Source of the DNA: Camelus dromedarius
Lineage: Eukaryota
DNA: 64,000 bases
Direction: 5' to 3'
NCBI RefSeq assembly: GCF_036321535.1
Contig: NC_087437.1
Coordinates: 62,994,001-63,058,000, forward strand
Shown here: positions 38,236-50,250 of the stretch, in pieces
How the letters are laid out: every line of letters starts with the position of its first letter
How positions within the stretch are numbered: position 1 is the stretch's first letter
Translations under genes and position numbers: made by a program
The notes under the pieces: model-generated
Told to the model about the DNA's origin: nothing
The model's database searches: none
Seen by the model: only the letters and a program-made list of their open reading frames with translations

Positions 38236-41200
38236 GAATTGTACTAAAAAGACTAACACATACCAGCTCAGACTGATCACTTCTCTTTTCCCACAGCTTC
38301 TATGTCTACTAAGAAGCTTTGCAGCTATGGCAGGGTCAAATCCTGGCTATTAAAGATCACAATAGCATGTGTTCTCACCAAAATCTAGAAACACTGTATT
38401 ATAGGAAATGCTGCCTGTTTGGGCATGGGGCAGTGCTTGCAGAATCATAGTTTAGGGCTGCCAAGATGACAGAGCACCCCAGAGTAAGGTTTCTCAAACT
38501 GGGATCAGGAAACCTGCTCAGAATCTCTATTTCTCTTGCACCAGATGTAATTTTTTTCCTTGGTGCTACTATTTGTAACTTTCCCTCAAAACAAAGAGAG
38601 AGCACCACAGGCTTTGCTGCAATTGGTCTGATTTGCACACCATCAAGTGGCAGTATGTGCCTCTGGGGAGCAAATGAACAGGATTAAGGCAGCTAGCAAC
38701 ACGCCGTTGCTGAAGGGCTTCCTGCTGCCCAGCTGCACATGGCTATCACTAATGTGAGTCCTCAGAGTTGTAATAATAGAAAACGAATATCATTTCATAT
38801 TTTAAAACTCTAGACAGAAACCATTAGCGGTCTATTTTTTTCCCCAAAGAAGCAGTTAATTAAAACTGCAAATAAAGCTGCATTGTATGTGTATGCACTC
38901 CTGTGAGTGTCTTTTTCTTGAAGGACTAGAGCATAGGTGGCTGCATGATTGTTCTGTTGCAGATTACAGCCTGACTCTCCTTCCATCTGCCCACACTCCC
39001 AACAGAGGAGAAGGCCGCACTCAGGGGAAGGAGAATTTGAAAAAGGCTTCCACAACAGAAGGAAGAGTTAAGAAACAAGAGAGCTCCCGACTGCTTGGGA
39101 AGGACAGCTTTCTGAGACACTATAAGCCGCCAGACAATATTTTACTACTGTGTTTAGTAGGTGGGTATGATTATTATTATTATCATCATCATTACTACTA
39201 TTACTATTTTGAGGATCAAAAGAATAGGATTCTCCAGTGAGAAGTATAAAAAACATGTTATGACAAAAAGCTAAAGATCAACCAATTTTAACCTTTTTCT
39301 TTCAGAGTTGTTCATGTACCATACTCAGTGGGGCATTCCTCCCACACCCATGGCATGTTAATAACTGATAGCCTTTATTGGTACAAATCATAGATAACAT
39401 ATAGAAAATTTCTGATTTTTCTTCCAGGACTTAATGATATGCAATGACTTCTCAGTAATGGTAACCTCAGTTGGAGCCAGGTCTTTACAGGCATATTAAA
39501 CTAGCAACACAAAAATAAAACTTGAAAACCAGATAAATTATACCTAGAAGCTTTTCGTTTACAAAACAATGTACCTAGGGCTTCTTTAAATTATAATTTG
39601 TTTGGTATATTACAGAATTTAATTCACAGACCATTAATTACTAACAATGAATGAACAATGAACATTAAGTCAATAGTGATTATTGACTGGAAAATGCACC
39701 TGACTTCCCCTCATTTAAATTGATCCCTTTTCATTATAATCTATCAGAGCATCCCTTATTCTCCCAACATAAGACTCGTTGGTTTATAGCCATATATACT
39801 AACATCTGTCTCTCCACTGCAACCTCCGTGGGACACTGGCTCTCTTGTTCACTACTAGGTCCAACATCCAACACAATGGTCTGATCCTTAATTATTTGTG
39901 GAATGACTGAATAAAGAAGTCATGAGGTTATTGGTCTCTTAAATTGGGGAGGTTGATTGATAGGCTTTAGGATTCTCTTGAATTCCCTGAAATTATCTTT
40001 AAAAAGTTGTCCATGTACATTTCTCTGGAGAAAGGACCCAAAACTTTCATTAGATTTCAAAGGCGTCTGTGACCTCCCTGAAAGATAAGGAATCACTGGC
40101 CTATTTCAGTAAAACACGATTCAATAGCAAAGAACTCACCTGTAGCCTGAAACAAAAGATGCTAAATGTACCTTTTCGTGGACACACGTGTGGGCGTATG
40201 TATGGGTGTGTGTAATTTCCAAGAACCCAAAAGGAAATGCCTCAGTGAATTCACAGAACAATCCGCATTCTCACTTCCCCTGAGTAACTGATCATCCTAC
40301 AGTCACTGGGCTCCAGCAGTAGCTGCTTCATTCATCTGTTTCTTGGCAGCAACATCCATCACTCAGGCCAGAGAACAGGAGTCTATAATTCCCTCCTTTC
40401 ATCTGTTTGGGATGCTGACATCTCTCTTTGTGGAAGTTCCTTTTAATAACAAACTTGCAAACCTCCCAGTTAACAAAGGCACGGGCCACCTTTATAAAGC
40501 ACCAGTTTGGACAATGTGACTGAACAACCCAGGGATTTCCCTTCCCCTGCCTGCAGCCAGAGAGGAGATCCAGCCTAATCAGGCTCAACAGGCCTCCGAG
40601 TGCTGTAGGCACTCAGAGCAGTGGGAGACTACAAGATGGGCTGGAACATGCTAATTGGCTGTTGTATGTTAAATCTCTTCCTCCCTCTCTCCCAGCTCCA
40701 GAAGATGCTTCCCTTCAATAAATTTCTTCGCTCATTTTCTTTTTTTGTCCTGAAAATGGAGACTTCAAAAGTAAATGTGTCAGAGGAAAGGTTTTTGATG
40801 TGTCATTAACTCTCAGTTATCCATATTAACAGAGAAGAGCAGTGGTGCAGTTAATTCAAAGCCAAAGGCTCTTTCGATTTAACTTTGTAGTTCATTGTCT
40901 TGAGGGGCTTGGTGGCAGACTTACCTCCCTAATTATGTTTGTCTTTGCTTCTTAACAAAATGAGTTTGTCTGACTTAGGGCTAGGCAGTTGGGTGACATG
41001 AAGGTTCTGGCACAGAATTTGTAAAATTCACTAGGGGAAATCCACAAGGCACACAGCTAATCAAACCTGACTAGATTTGACTTCACGTTCTTAATCACCT
41101 GTGATCAATTGCTTTGCTCCTCTGTGACTAAAGGGAGCCAGGATGAGAGCTAATTATAGAAGACTGGTTGGAAGGGAATGAGTCTTTACATTCAGATGAA

Positions 41201-41339
41201 TGTACAGGCTGTGAGTCGCAGCCAAAATTGATAACACAGCCAACATTGATGTTTTCTCTGCCTGTCCCATAACCCTCTACTCTGCAGCTAGAGGTACCTT
41301 TCCATGCAAATCTCATGACGTTCATCTCTACCTCATATC

Positions 41340-41680
41340 CTGCAGTGGCTCCCTGTGCTCATCACTAGGGCTGCTCACAAATATCCACTCTCTCCTCTCC
41401 GGTATGTGGAGGTAGGACCATATACCTCCACCCATGAAGTTAGATGTGACTGTGTGACTGGTGTTGGGTAATGAAATGTGTCACTTCTAAGTGGAAGGTT
41501 TCAGAGCTGGCGTGAGCTTGGCTAAATGCTTGTCTAGTGACGCACTGCAGCATCTGGGTCCCTGAGTGACTGGGATGAGCAGAGCCCACCACCAGCCAGT
41601 GATGGGCACGTGGTAGGAGCAAGAAATAAACCCCTATTGTTTAAAACTACTGAGATTGTAAGGTTCTTAGTTCACGCACC
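41340..41680 (+). mobile_element. MLT1 (MaLR) LTR
   Basis: gaagttagatgtgactgtgtgact...gcagagccc...gagcaagaaataaacccctattgtttaaaactactgagatt. Confidence 0.75.
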
Positions 41681-42184
41681 AATTCTCTGTCACTGCACAT
41701 ATCAAGCTGCACCATCATGGTCTGAGTTATCTCCCCAACTACACACTAAAAACTGAAGGCCAAAATTATTTCTTCTTCAGTACATTAAGTCCAGTGTATT
41801 AACATAGTTAAAACAACTTGGTAGAAAATGAAATTGTCTTCCTTCCTGGCCTCTGTGATCCTCTGTGTTTATGTTTTCTTAACACCAGCCCCCTCCCAAC
41901 ATCACCAGCTGAAATGATAAGAGGTCTTTGGTGTTCAGATATGTGGGGAGTGGTGGAAATATTCTTTTGGACCAGTAGTACAAGCAGGAAGAGCTGGCAG
42001 AGGGGAGAGAGACGTCAAGGCATACTTTGGCTGCAGGCATTTCAAATATAATGGGATCCAGGGCCTGACAAGATTGCTAAGTCCTGGGGTGCCCACAAGG
42101 GAAAAACAGTATCCCAAAGTGATAGTTTTATGAGGGATCAAGGTGTTACCTGGAGTACACTCCTGTATCACCACCATCATCACT

Positions 42185-42360
42185 ATCACAACACCAATAT
42201 TTACTGATAATGGACAATGGACCGTGCACATCTCCAACAGCCTTACAATTAACACATTGAATCTCACAACAACCCTATAGAGTAGCTATTATTATTTCCA
42301 TTTTACAGATAAAGAAATTGGAGCACAGAGAAGTAAGTTTCCCATGGCCACCCAGATAGC
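42185..42360 (-). mobile_element. MIR SINE
   Basis: tctcacaacaaccctat...ccattttacagataaagaaattggagcacagaga. Confidence 0.8.
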
Positions 42361-42975
42361 AGATAGCCCTCTCTTAACTCAGCACCTGCCTGGACCCTCC
42401 CCATCACAGGAGCTCACTGGCTTCCAGTACGGCCCACCTCCCAAGCCATCCCCTGGACATTTATGCCTCCCAGACCAACACAAGCAACACTACCCTCTTC
42501 TCTCTGAGGCAGCCCTTTGCATTGCGGAAGGCAGCAACCGTGTGTCCTGTAAGGCTCCTCTTCTCTAGTGAAGAAGCCCAGTTCACAGAACTGTTTCCAA
42601 TGTGCCACAGACTGAGGTCCCTCTCTGTCCCAGCTCAGTGACTCACACATGCTAGTTGGGTAAGTCAGTGGAGTGGAATTGGTGCTCTTTCTTCTAGTCT
42701 TGCACGGAGCTAATGGCTTCTACAACCCCAGAACACTCCTTTCCCAGGCAAAGCGGGGTGTGGAGGCAGAAATGGGGCCACAAACTGCTGTAGAGACAGC
42801 CAGCTGGCCACGCATCCTGCACACAGTCCCATTCGGAAGAATGGGATGCCAAACCGGTTGTGTGTTCAGAGTTTCTCATTCTTAAGTCCGGTTGGAAGTC
42901 TGTTTCTGCCCTCCCCACCCCAAGCCTGTTTCCCTCAGCATTCCCCTGCCCCCAGAGAACAGACCCTCCACTCAC

Positions 42976-43098
42976 CATGGAGTTCATGGCGAAGTGATTG
43001 TGCTGTGTCTGGAGGTCTAGGGCATGCTGGTAGCTGACTCCAATCTCCGTATGGCTCTGGAGGAATAACTCCTTGTTGTGGCTTATCCAGTCGAACAT
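42976..43098 (-). CDS. KALRN: Kalirin internal coding exon (probably exon 6), 123 nt, MFDWISHNKE...HNHFAMNSM
   Basis: Acceptor ccttctttccccctccag|ATG; donor ATG|gtgagt; 41 codons, phase 0-0; continues in frame into the 19606-19797 exon. Confidence 0.97.
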
Positions 43099-43839
43099 CT
43101 GGAGGGGGAAAGAAGGCACAGAGTAATCAGAAGGGTTATGGGTCCAACAGTGCGAATCTTTCAGAGCTACTGGAAGAAAAACAGCCCCAATGCTGATGCC
43201 CAGCGAGGGCCAGTCATCCTGCCCAGGGTGGGGGTGGCCCACAGCCTGACTTCCCAGAAGAGCCCTCCTTCTTAGCATAAGGACCCACTGTCAGCCTCTG
43301 TGTTTCTCTACAGAGCCTAAGGGAAAAGAGAAGGTGAGTGAGAGAACCAAGGGCAGTGGGGAGCAAGCTGTTCACTCTCCCTAGTTACTTCTCCTTTTAA
43401 AATCTCCTATAAAGCATCAAAGGGCCCCATGTGTGCTTTAGGGATAGGTGATGAGGGGGTGGCTTAATCTATTCTTTAGTGCACCAGCAGGAGAGAGAAA
43501 CCCTTGTCAGAAGCAACAGAGTATCCTAACATGCCCCTACTCCACTCACGCTGCGCAACTACACACATTGTTGAATTGACTCTGAACTGAATCAACTTTT
43601 CTTGTGATTCCACAGCTTCACAATTCCCAAGTTTCTGCTGTAACGCATTAGGAACCAGAAGAGGAGGCTTTTAAGGATAGGGTAAATACTTCCTGGCACA
43701 GTGGACGCCGAGCCATTTTCCTCCCCTGGCTCTGCACCTGGTTCTCCTTCAGGTATCTACCTCTCTCCCAGGCGGCCCGCACACTTTAAGGGGTGCTGAC
43801 CAGTACCCCTCTGCCAAAAGAGAGCCTGGTCACTTTAAG

Positions 43840-46800
43840 GGTTATCCCTCCTCAGGACATCAAATCTAAGCCAATAAGTGTATGGCATTTCCTGACCAAT
43901 GCGACTATCTCAGAAACAGGAATGTTATCCAATTCAGTACAATAAAACATGGTGGGGGGTTGCCAAGATGGAGTAGAGAGACTCACAGCTCACCTTCTCC
44001 CACAAAGACACCAAGAATTACATCTACAAACCCGTTGAATCACAAAGAACACCTACTGAACTCCAGTAGAGTGTCTCTTGCTTCAGAATACAGGAAGAGT
44101 CTCCCAAAATCCAGTAAGAGAAAAAAAGAAGAAAAAAGAAAAAGAAAAAATTGCTGCAGGGAGTCCTGCAGGGAGGGAGCGGCACAGGAAGAAAGGCACC
44201 CTCATGCTGGGATGCCACCTCTCCAGCCTGGAGGTCAGCAGGGACAGAAGCAGAGCTTCTGAGACTCCAAGGAGAAAGTGGCAACCATTTGGGAGACAGA
44301 ACTAAGGGAAACTGACATGGAGAGTCCCTGCGGTCCCCGGCAGGGACGAGCTGGGATTTGCTACTGGAGATCAGTGTGGAGCCTGGGCAGAGGGCTAGGG
44401 CCCAATGCACAGAGACAACCTCAGGGGACTGGAGGGCAGTGTGAGCTCTGGCTAGGAGTGTATGTGGAACAGAACTGTCTGGGACGCCTATAAAAAAGCA
44501 CCACTGCTGATGTGCATGGTGGGGAGGGGCACAAAGCAACCACACCATATCTGCTGCCTACGCTTGGCTCCACTGTTGGTGTGTTTTCGAGAGAACAGAG
44601 GTGGGGCTCAGTCATAGCCATTGCTGCTACATGGAGGCGGGGCTAAGAGCTGAATCCATGCCCAATGGCCCTGTAACTTCAAAGGCAGAACTGAGATTTG
44701 TTTACAGCCCCAGGCAGAGAGGGTGGCTTTGCTCTCTCTGGATCCTTTGTGGACCCATGCCTCTGAGACAAACAGGCAGTGGGCAGAGTTCTGGTGCATG
44801 GCAGGGGCCAGTATGGGTATTTACAACAAGTGTACTGTATGCAGAGGCGGTGCTGGGGCCTGCAATGACCTGTGGTGCACCAAGCATTCAGGTGTATGAC
44901 TGCACATTCACTAAGGTGGATCCTAGCACCTCACATTGGCAGATCTGCACCAGTTGTTCATGGGTCCCAGAACCTGAGAGACACCAGAGGTTGTGGGAGA
45001 CATTCCTGCAGCTAAGGCAGGGACAAAGCTGGCATCATCAAAGAGTACTTTGTAAGCCCGCAGAACAAGTGACAGACAACACCACAGAGGGCACTTTCCA
45101 GTGGACATCTCCTGCGGAGGTATACACAGTGACCCTCCTTTACAGCTGAAGCACTCCAACCATGGCTACCATACACCACAGCTCAGAAATGGGTCTAGAA
45201 GCCTCTATTCCAGCAACAGGGGAGCAGACCTCGCCCCTGTCAAGGCTGTGACAACCACAGAACAAAAAAGGAGGCCCTGCTTAACAGCCAGGGCAGGCTC
45301 TGATCCCCACAGCACCAAACACACCCTGAATCAAAGGCATAACAGCCAACACACACAGAAGAAAGATGTGGCAACCATCCATACTAAGAACAGCTCTTGC
45401 AACAAAACTATTAGATACACAGTCTTCGCAGGAACACTCCCACTTTAAATAAAAACAGCCCTTCAAGACCACAGTAGATAACTGATACTCCTAAATACAA
45501 AGAGCCAGAGAAATATAAGTAAAATTATGAAGCAGAGAAACCACCCCAATTAAAAGAACAAGAAAAGTCCCCTGAAAGCATGAACAATGAGATAGACCTC
45601 AACAGTCTACTAGATCATGACTTCAGAAAGGGGGTGATAAAAGGACAGAAGGAAATAAGAAAAACTATGAATAGAGACAGAGAATACTATCAAAAGGAAA
45701 TAGAAATTATAAAAAGGGGTCAAATAAAAACAGAAAACTCAATGGCTGAAATAAAAGCTGAGCTAAAGGCAGTCAAAAGCAGACTAGATAATGCAGAGGA
45801 ATGAATAAGTGACTTAGAAGACAGGATAACAGAAGTCACCCAATCAGAACAACAGACAGAAAAGCAAGTAAAAACCAATGAAAGCAATATAAGGGACCTA
45901 CAGTGTAATATAAAGTGTGTTAACCTATGCATAATAGGGGTCCCAGAAGGAGAAGAAAGAAAAAAGGGGATTGAAAAAGTATTTGAAGAAATCATGACTG
46001 AAAACTTTCCAAACCTAAAGAAGCAAACAGATATCCAAGTCAAGTACAGGAAGCACAGAGGGTCCCCAACAAGAAGAACCCAAATAGACCTACACCAAGA
46101 CATATTATCATTAAGATGGCCAAGGTTAAAGATAAAGAAATGATTCTAAGGGCAGCAAGAGAAAAACAAAGAGTTAGTTAAAAAGGAACCCTCATAAGGT
46201 TTTCAGCTGATTTCTCTACACAAACACTGCTGGCCAGAAGGGAATGGCAAGATATATTCAAAGTCCTGAATGAGAAAAAGCTGCAACCTAGGATACTCTA
46301 TCCAGCAAGGCTATCCTTTAGAATAGAAGGAGAGATAAAGAATTTCACAGACAAGCAAAAACTAAAAGAATTCAGCAATACTAAAAGAAATATTGAAAGG
46401 TCTACTCTAAACAGAAAAGAAGCAGGAAGCTATAGAAACAAGAAAATCATAATTGGAAATGCGCTAACTCTAATGAGACTGACAAGGGATTAATTTCCAG
46501 AATATATAAACAGCTCATACAACTTAATAAGATAAAAAAAAAAAACAAAACCAAACAACCCAATACAAAAATGGGCAGAAGACCTAAATAAGCAATTCTC
46601 CAATGAAAGCATACAATGGCCAATAGGCACACGAAAAAATACTCACTATCGCTAATTACCAGAGAAATGCAAATCAAAGCTGCAGTGAATTATTGCCTCA
46701 CACCAGTCAGAATGGCCATCATTCAAAAGTTCATAAATGATAAATGCTGGAGAGGTTGTGGAGAAAAGCGAAGCCTCCTACACTATTGATGGGAATGTAG

Positions 46801-47850
46801 TTTGGTGCAGCCATTATGGAAAACAGTATGGAGATTCCTTAAAAGCCTAAAAATGAACATATCCTATGATCCAGCAGTCCCACACCTGGGCATATATCCA
46901 GAGGAAACTTTAATTCAAAAAGATACATGCACCCAATGTTCATAGCAGCACTATTGACAATAGCTAAGACATGGAACCAACATAAATGTCCACTGACAGA
47001 TCACTAGATAAAGAAGCTGTGGTATATTTATACAATGGAATACTACTCAGCCATAAAAAAGAATAAAATAATGCCATTTGCAGCAACATGGATGAACCTG
47101 GAGAATGTCACTCTAAGTGAAGTAAGTCAGAAAGAAAAAGAAAAATACCATATGATATCACTTACTTGTGGAATCTGAAAAAAAAAAAGACAAATGAACT
47201 TATTTACAAAACAGAAATAGACACTCAGACATAGAAAACAAACTTATGGTTACCGAGGGGGAAGGGGGTGAGAAGGGATAAACTGAGAGTTTGAGATTTG
47301 CAGATACTAACTAATACATATAAAAAAGATAAACAACAGGTTTATATTGTATAGCACAGGGAGCTATATTCAATATCTTGTAGTAACATGGTAAAAAAGA
47401 ATATAAAAATGAATACATGTATGTTCATGTATGACTGAAGCATTATGCTGTACACCAGAAATTGACACAACACTGTAAACTGACTATACTTCAATAATAT
47501 ATATATTACACACACACACAAATATATACAAAAAATGAAGGGAAGTTTGCTGGAAGCTTCTGGGAAAACAGAACTGTAATCTTTAGATTCGACTTCTCTT
47601 CCTCAGATACTGTCATTGTGCCCCTGAGCCTCAAATTGCTGCAGCCATTCCACTGGCAGCTTGAGTAAAGCCAATGGGCAGAGAAAAGGTGTAATTAAAA
47701 CAATAACAGGAAACAGGCAGTGGCCTGATTATGTCTTGCCTGATCTCCACCTTATCTCTGGACTTCTTAGTACCTGAGCCAAGAAATCCTCTTAATTATT
47801 AAAGCTTGTTTAAGTTGGACCTTCTGTAATTTTCTGCCCAGAGCAGTCAA
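43840..47850 (+). mobile_element. MLT1-type LTR split by an L1 insertion (halves ~43840-43950 and ~47533-47850)
   Basis: Left ...atccaattcagtacaataaaacatg joins right aagggaagtttgctggaagcttctgggaaa...ctctggacttcttagtacctgagccaagaaatcc, as in MLT1 consensus order. Confidence 0.65.
43952..47535 (+). mobile_element. Lineage-specific L1 with 5'UTR, disrupted ORF1, only the C-terminus of ORF2, 3'UTR and tail
   Basis: Starts ggggggttgccaagatgg; ORF1 ~45530-46410 (coiled coil, IIGVPEGEE, ENFPNL; stop at 45802-45804, frameshifts); ORF2 resumes ~46471 (TDKGLISRIYKQL...KCWRGCGEK); 3'UTR ends aactgactatacttcaataa. Confidence 0.92.
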
Positions 47851-48074
47851 GAGATATAGCAAGGAAAGATGTGAAACCCTTGGAGAAGAGGACTGCTCTG
47901 CGTGGAACTCATGCTCCATAGTTTGGCATGGGGTAAAGGCTGCAGCTGCTGCAGAGTAGGGAGGAACGGAGCACAGGTGTAGTCTGAGAAGCTGCAAAGA
48001 TCACGCCAGCTGTCCTAGAGGCAGAACTGCAGACTCATTCCATTTTTTTCCCCTTTAAACAGAAAAGTGAATTT

Positions 48075-49080
48075 ACTTTTTCAATTACATTTAACCAAAT
48101 TTTATCAGAAACTCAGTATATACTAGGCATTGTCCCAGGCAAAAATGACTAATATGTGGCTCTTGAGTTTAAGTGGCTTAAAACCAGTGTGGAAAGCAAA
48201 TATGGACTCAGATACAATGTTAGTACTACTTGACATATGGCTTGGTTAAAATCACAACCTGACAAAATCTATCAAGATAAAGGTCAATGTGGCCAAGGTA
48301 GCACCCATTTTTGATGGTGTGGGGACAGGGAAGAGCAGACAAGGCTTCCCAGAGGAAGGGACACCTGAGTTGAGCCTAGACTCAGGAAGTAATTAGCCAG
48401 GTGGCGATGCGTGGGATGTGAGCTCCAGGCAAACGGGAGATTAAAGGGGCAGAATTGTGGGGCAGCCCAGTGTGTCGAAGATCTGAAAGCACCACTGCTG
48501 TGCTTCTGGACCTGATGTGAGGCTGAGGAAAGAGATGGGGGCATGGAGAGGCCTGGACACAAGCTTTAGGAAACCTGGACCATATACTGTGGGCAGCAAG
48601 ATGTCAGTGGAGGTTTGTAAGCTGAGCAGTGAAGTATAACATGAGCTTTGAGAATAGCGTGGTATATGGACTGGAAAGATGAGACGGAGCAGTGAAAATG
48701 ATTAGGAGGCTATTACAGTAACCTTGGGGAACGACGATGAGAACCTGGAAACCTGGACGTAGGGAGTGGCTGTGGAGTCTGACAAGGGGGCAGAATGAGA
48801 GCTACTAGGAATGGGACTGAGGACTCACAACTGTTAGGGAGAGAGGGCAAGAAAGAGAAAGGGAAAACAGCCAGGTGTCTGGCACAGCACCCTGGGTCCT
48901 TGTAAGAGAAGGTGACCCTATGGATGCTTCCTCAAGAGGAAGGTAAGAAAGGGGATGGAAGAGGGGAGACAGCGGGTTCCGTTTTAGATGCTGAGTTTGA
49001 GAGGCTTAGGAGAGCTTAGGAAGCAGAGGTGTGCTGTGGGCAGAATTGTATGTCTGGTTTCCCAAGAGAGACATCGAGCC
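48075..49080 (-). mobile_element. L2 LINE fragment
   Basis: aggcttcccagaggaagggacacctgagttgagcc; attaggaggctattacagta; ttccgttttagatgctgagtttgag. Confidence 0.7.
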
Positions 49081-50195
49081 TATGACAACTCACACTTAAG
49101 TATAAATGCATCACCTTCCCAAGGCAAATGTGCGTGATTTGGAGATGGTTTTCCCTTTTGAATGACCCAGATCACCTCTGGCTACCTACACACACACACA
49201 GAGGAGGAAAGGATCACTCTTCACTTTCGAGTAACAGGATGTTCCAGGCTGGGGGCTCCTGTGGAGGCTGGGTCACCACCCTGGGTCCTCCAGTCACAGT
49301 CAACCCCACACCACAGGCATTCAGTCAGGGCTTTTAAAAATTTTTATTATTAAAGACAAGGAGGGAAGAAGACTAGTGTCTCAGGAGTCTAAAGGAAGCT
49401 TATCGTCTAATTTTTCTTCTATAAAATTCTGCCTCTCAATTCCATTTTAAAATAATTTCTCATCTCTTTTCTTTGTGGACAAAAGAATCAATAAAGTTAA
49501 TGAAAATCTGAAATGCCTGAAGTCCTTGGAACTTGTGATGAAGAGTGGCTCACTCTTTATACTTTCTTGGCAATCCCAGTGGCCTAGAAGTGACCTTCCC
49601 TCTATTTTCTGTTAAATGACTATTTAGAAATGCTAATAAGCAGAGAGTTATGTGCTAGCACCAGAATGATTAGATTGCCCGGCGCCAGGTCCCTGCTGGA
49701 CTACAGAGCAAGGAGAGCTGAACACAGGCCAATTAGGGAGGAAAGGGACGACAACAGTGAGTTAACAGGCAGGCAAGAGTGGAGAGTACTGGGGGAACTT
49801 GACGCCTCCTTGAATGCACTTCTCACACGATGAGGTCCGTGCCCAGGCCGTTCAGACAGATCTGCCTTCCACATTGGAGCACGCACATGGTATGTCTCCA
49901 GTGGCCGCACCTCCTGGGAAAGTTCAGCTATACTGGAGACTGGAGGCTGTGCTCCAAAGAGGTGATACTCATCTCGGGCAGAGAGACAAAGACCTGCGCT
50001 AAGGGCCAGACAGTCTACGTGATATCAGGAACTAGGGTCTCTCCAACATGGCTGTTTCCTAGGGACCGTCTCAAGTCTTCTCTGGGTTTGAATCTGCTGC
50101 CTAATTGTATATGACCCTCACCATTGTGAGCCAGCTGTCTGCGAGGGTCACCAGCATTTCTGTTGCACGCGGTGGAAATGGCTGCAGAGAAAGAA

Positions 50196-50250
50196 TGTGT
50201 GTGTGTTTGTGTGTGTGTGCGTGCATGTGTGTGCCTCTGTGTGTGTGTGC
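50196..50250. repeat. Interrupted (TG)n microsatellite
   Basis: tgtgtgtgtgtttgtgtgtgtgtgcgtgcatgtgtgtgcctctgtgtgtgtgtgc. Confidence 0.9.

Noticed and set aside
38695..38712. AGCAAC-ACGCC-GTTGCT inverted repeat as an RFX site or RNA hairpin
   Set aside because: Half-sites are in the wrong arrangement for an X-box, and a 6-bp stem is expected by chance.
39168..39210. Tyr/His-rich ORF segment
   Set aside because: Translation of a TAT/CAT/TAC trinucleotide repeat.
12505..43098. Assignment to TRIO
   Set aside because: Peptide matches kalirin-type residues (ISHNKELFLQSH, FLSGVDAWCKMCSEGG) rather than the recalled TRIO equivalents.
42694..43278. 194-aa minus ORF as a single-exon gene
   Set aside because: Only the 41-aa core matches kalirin; the flanks are intronic read-through.
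44024..45472. Cluster of 60-180 aa ORFs
   Set aside because: They lie in the GC-richer L1 5'UTR and show no recognisable protein similarity.
45530..47180. Active L1 or functional ORF1/ORF2 proteins
   Set aside because: ORF1 has an internal stop and frameshifts; ORF2 lacks EN and RT.
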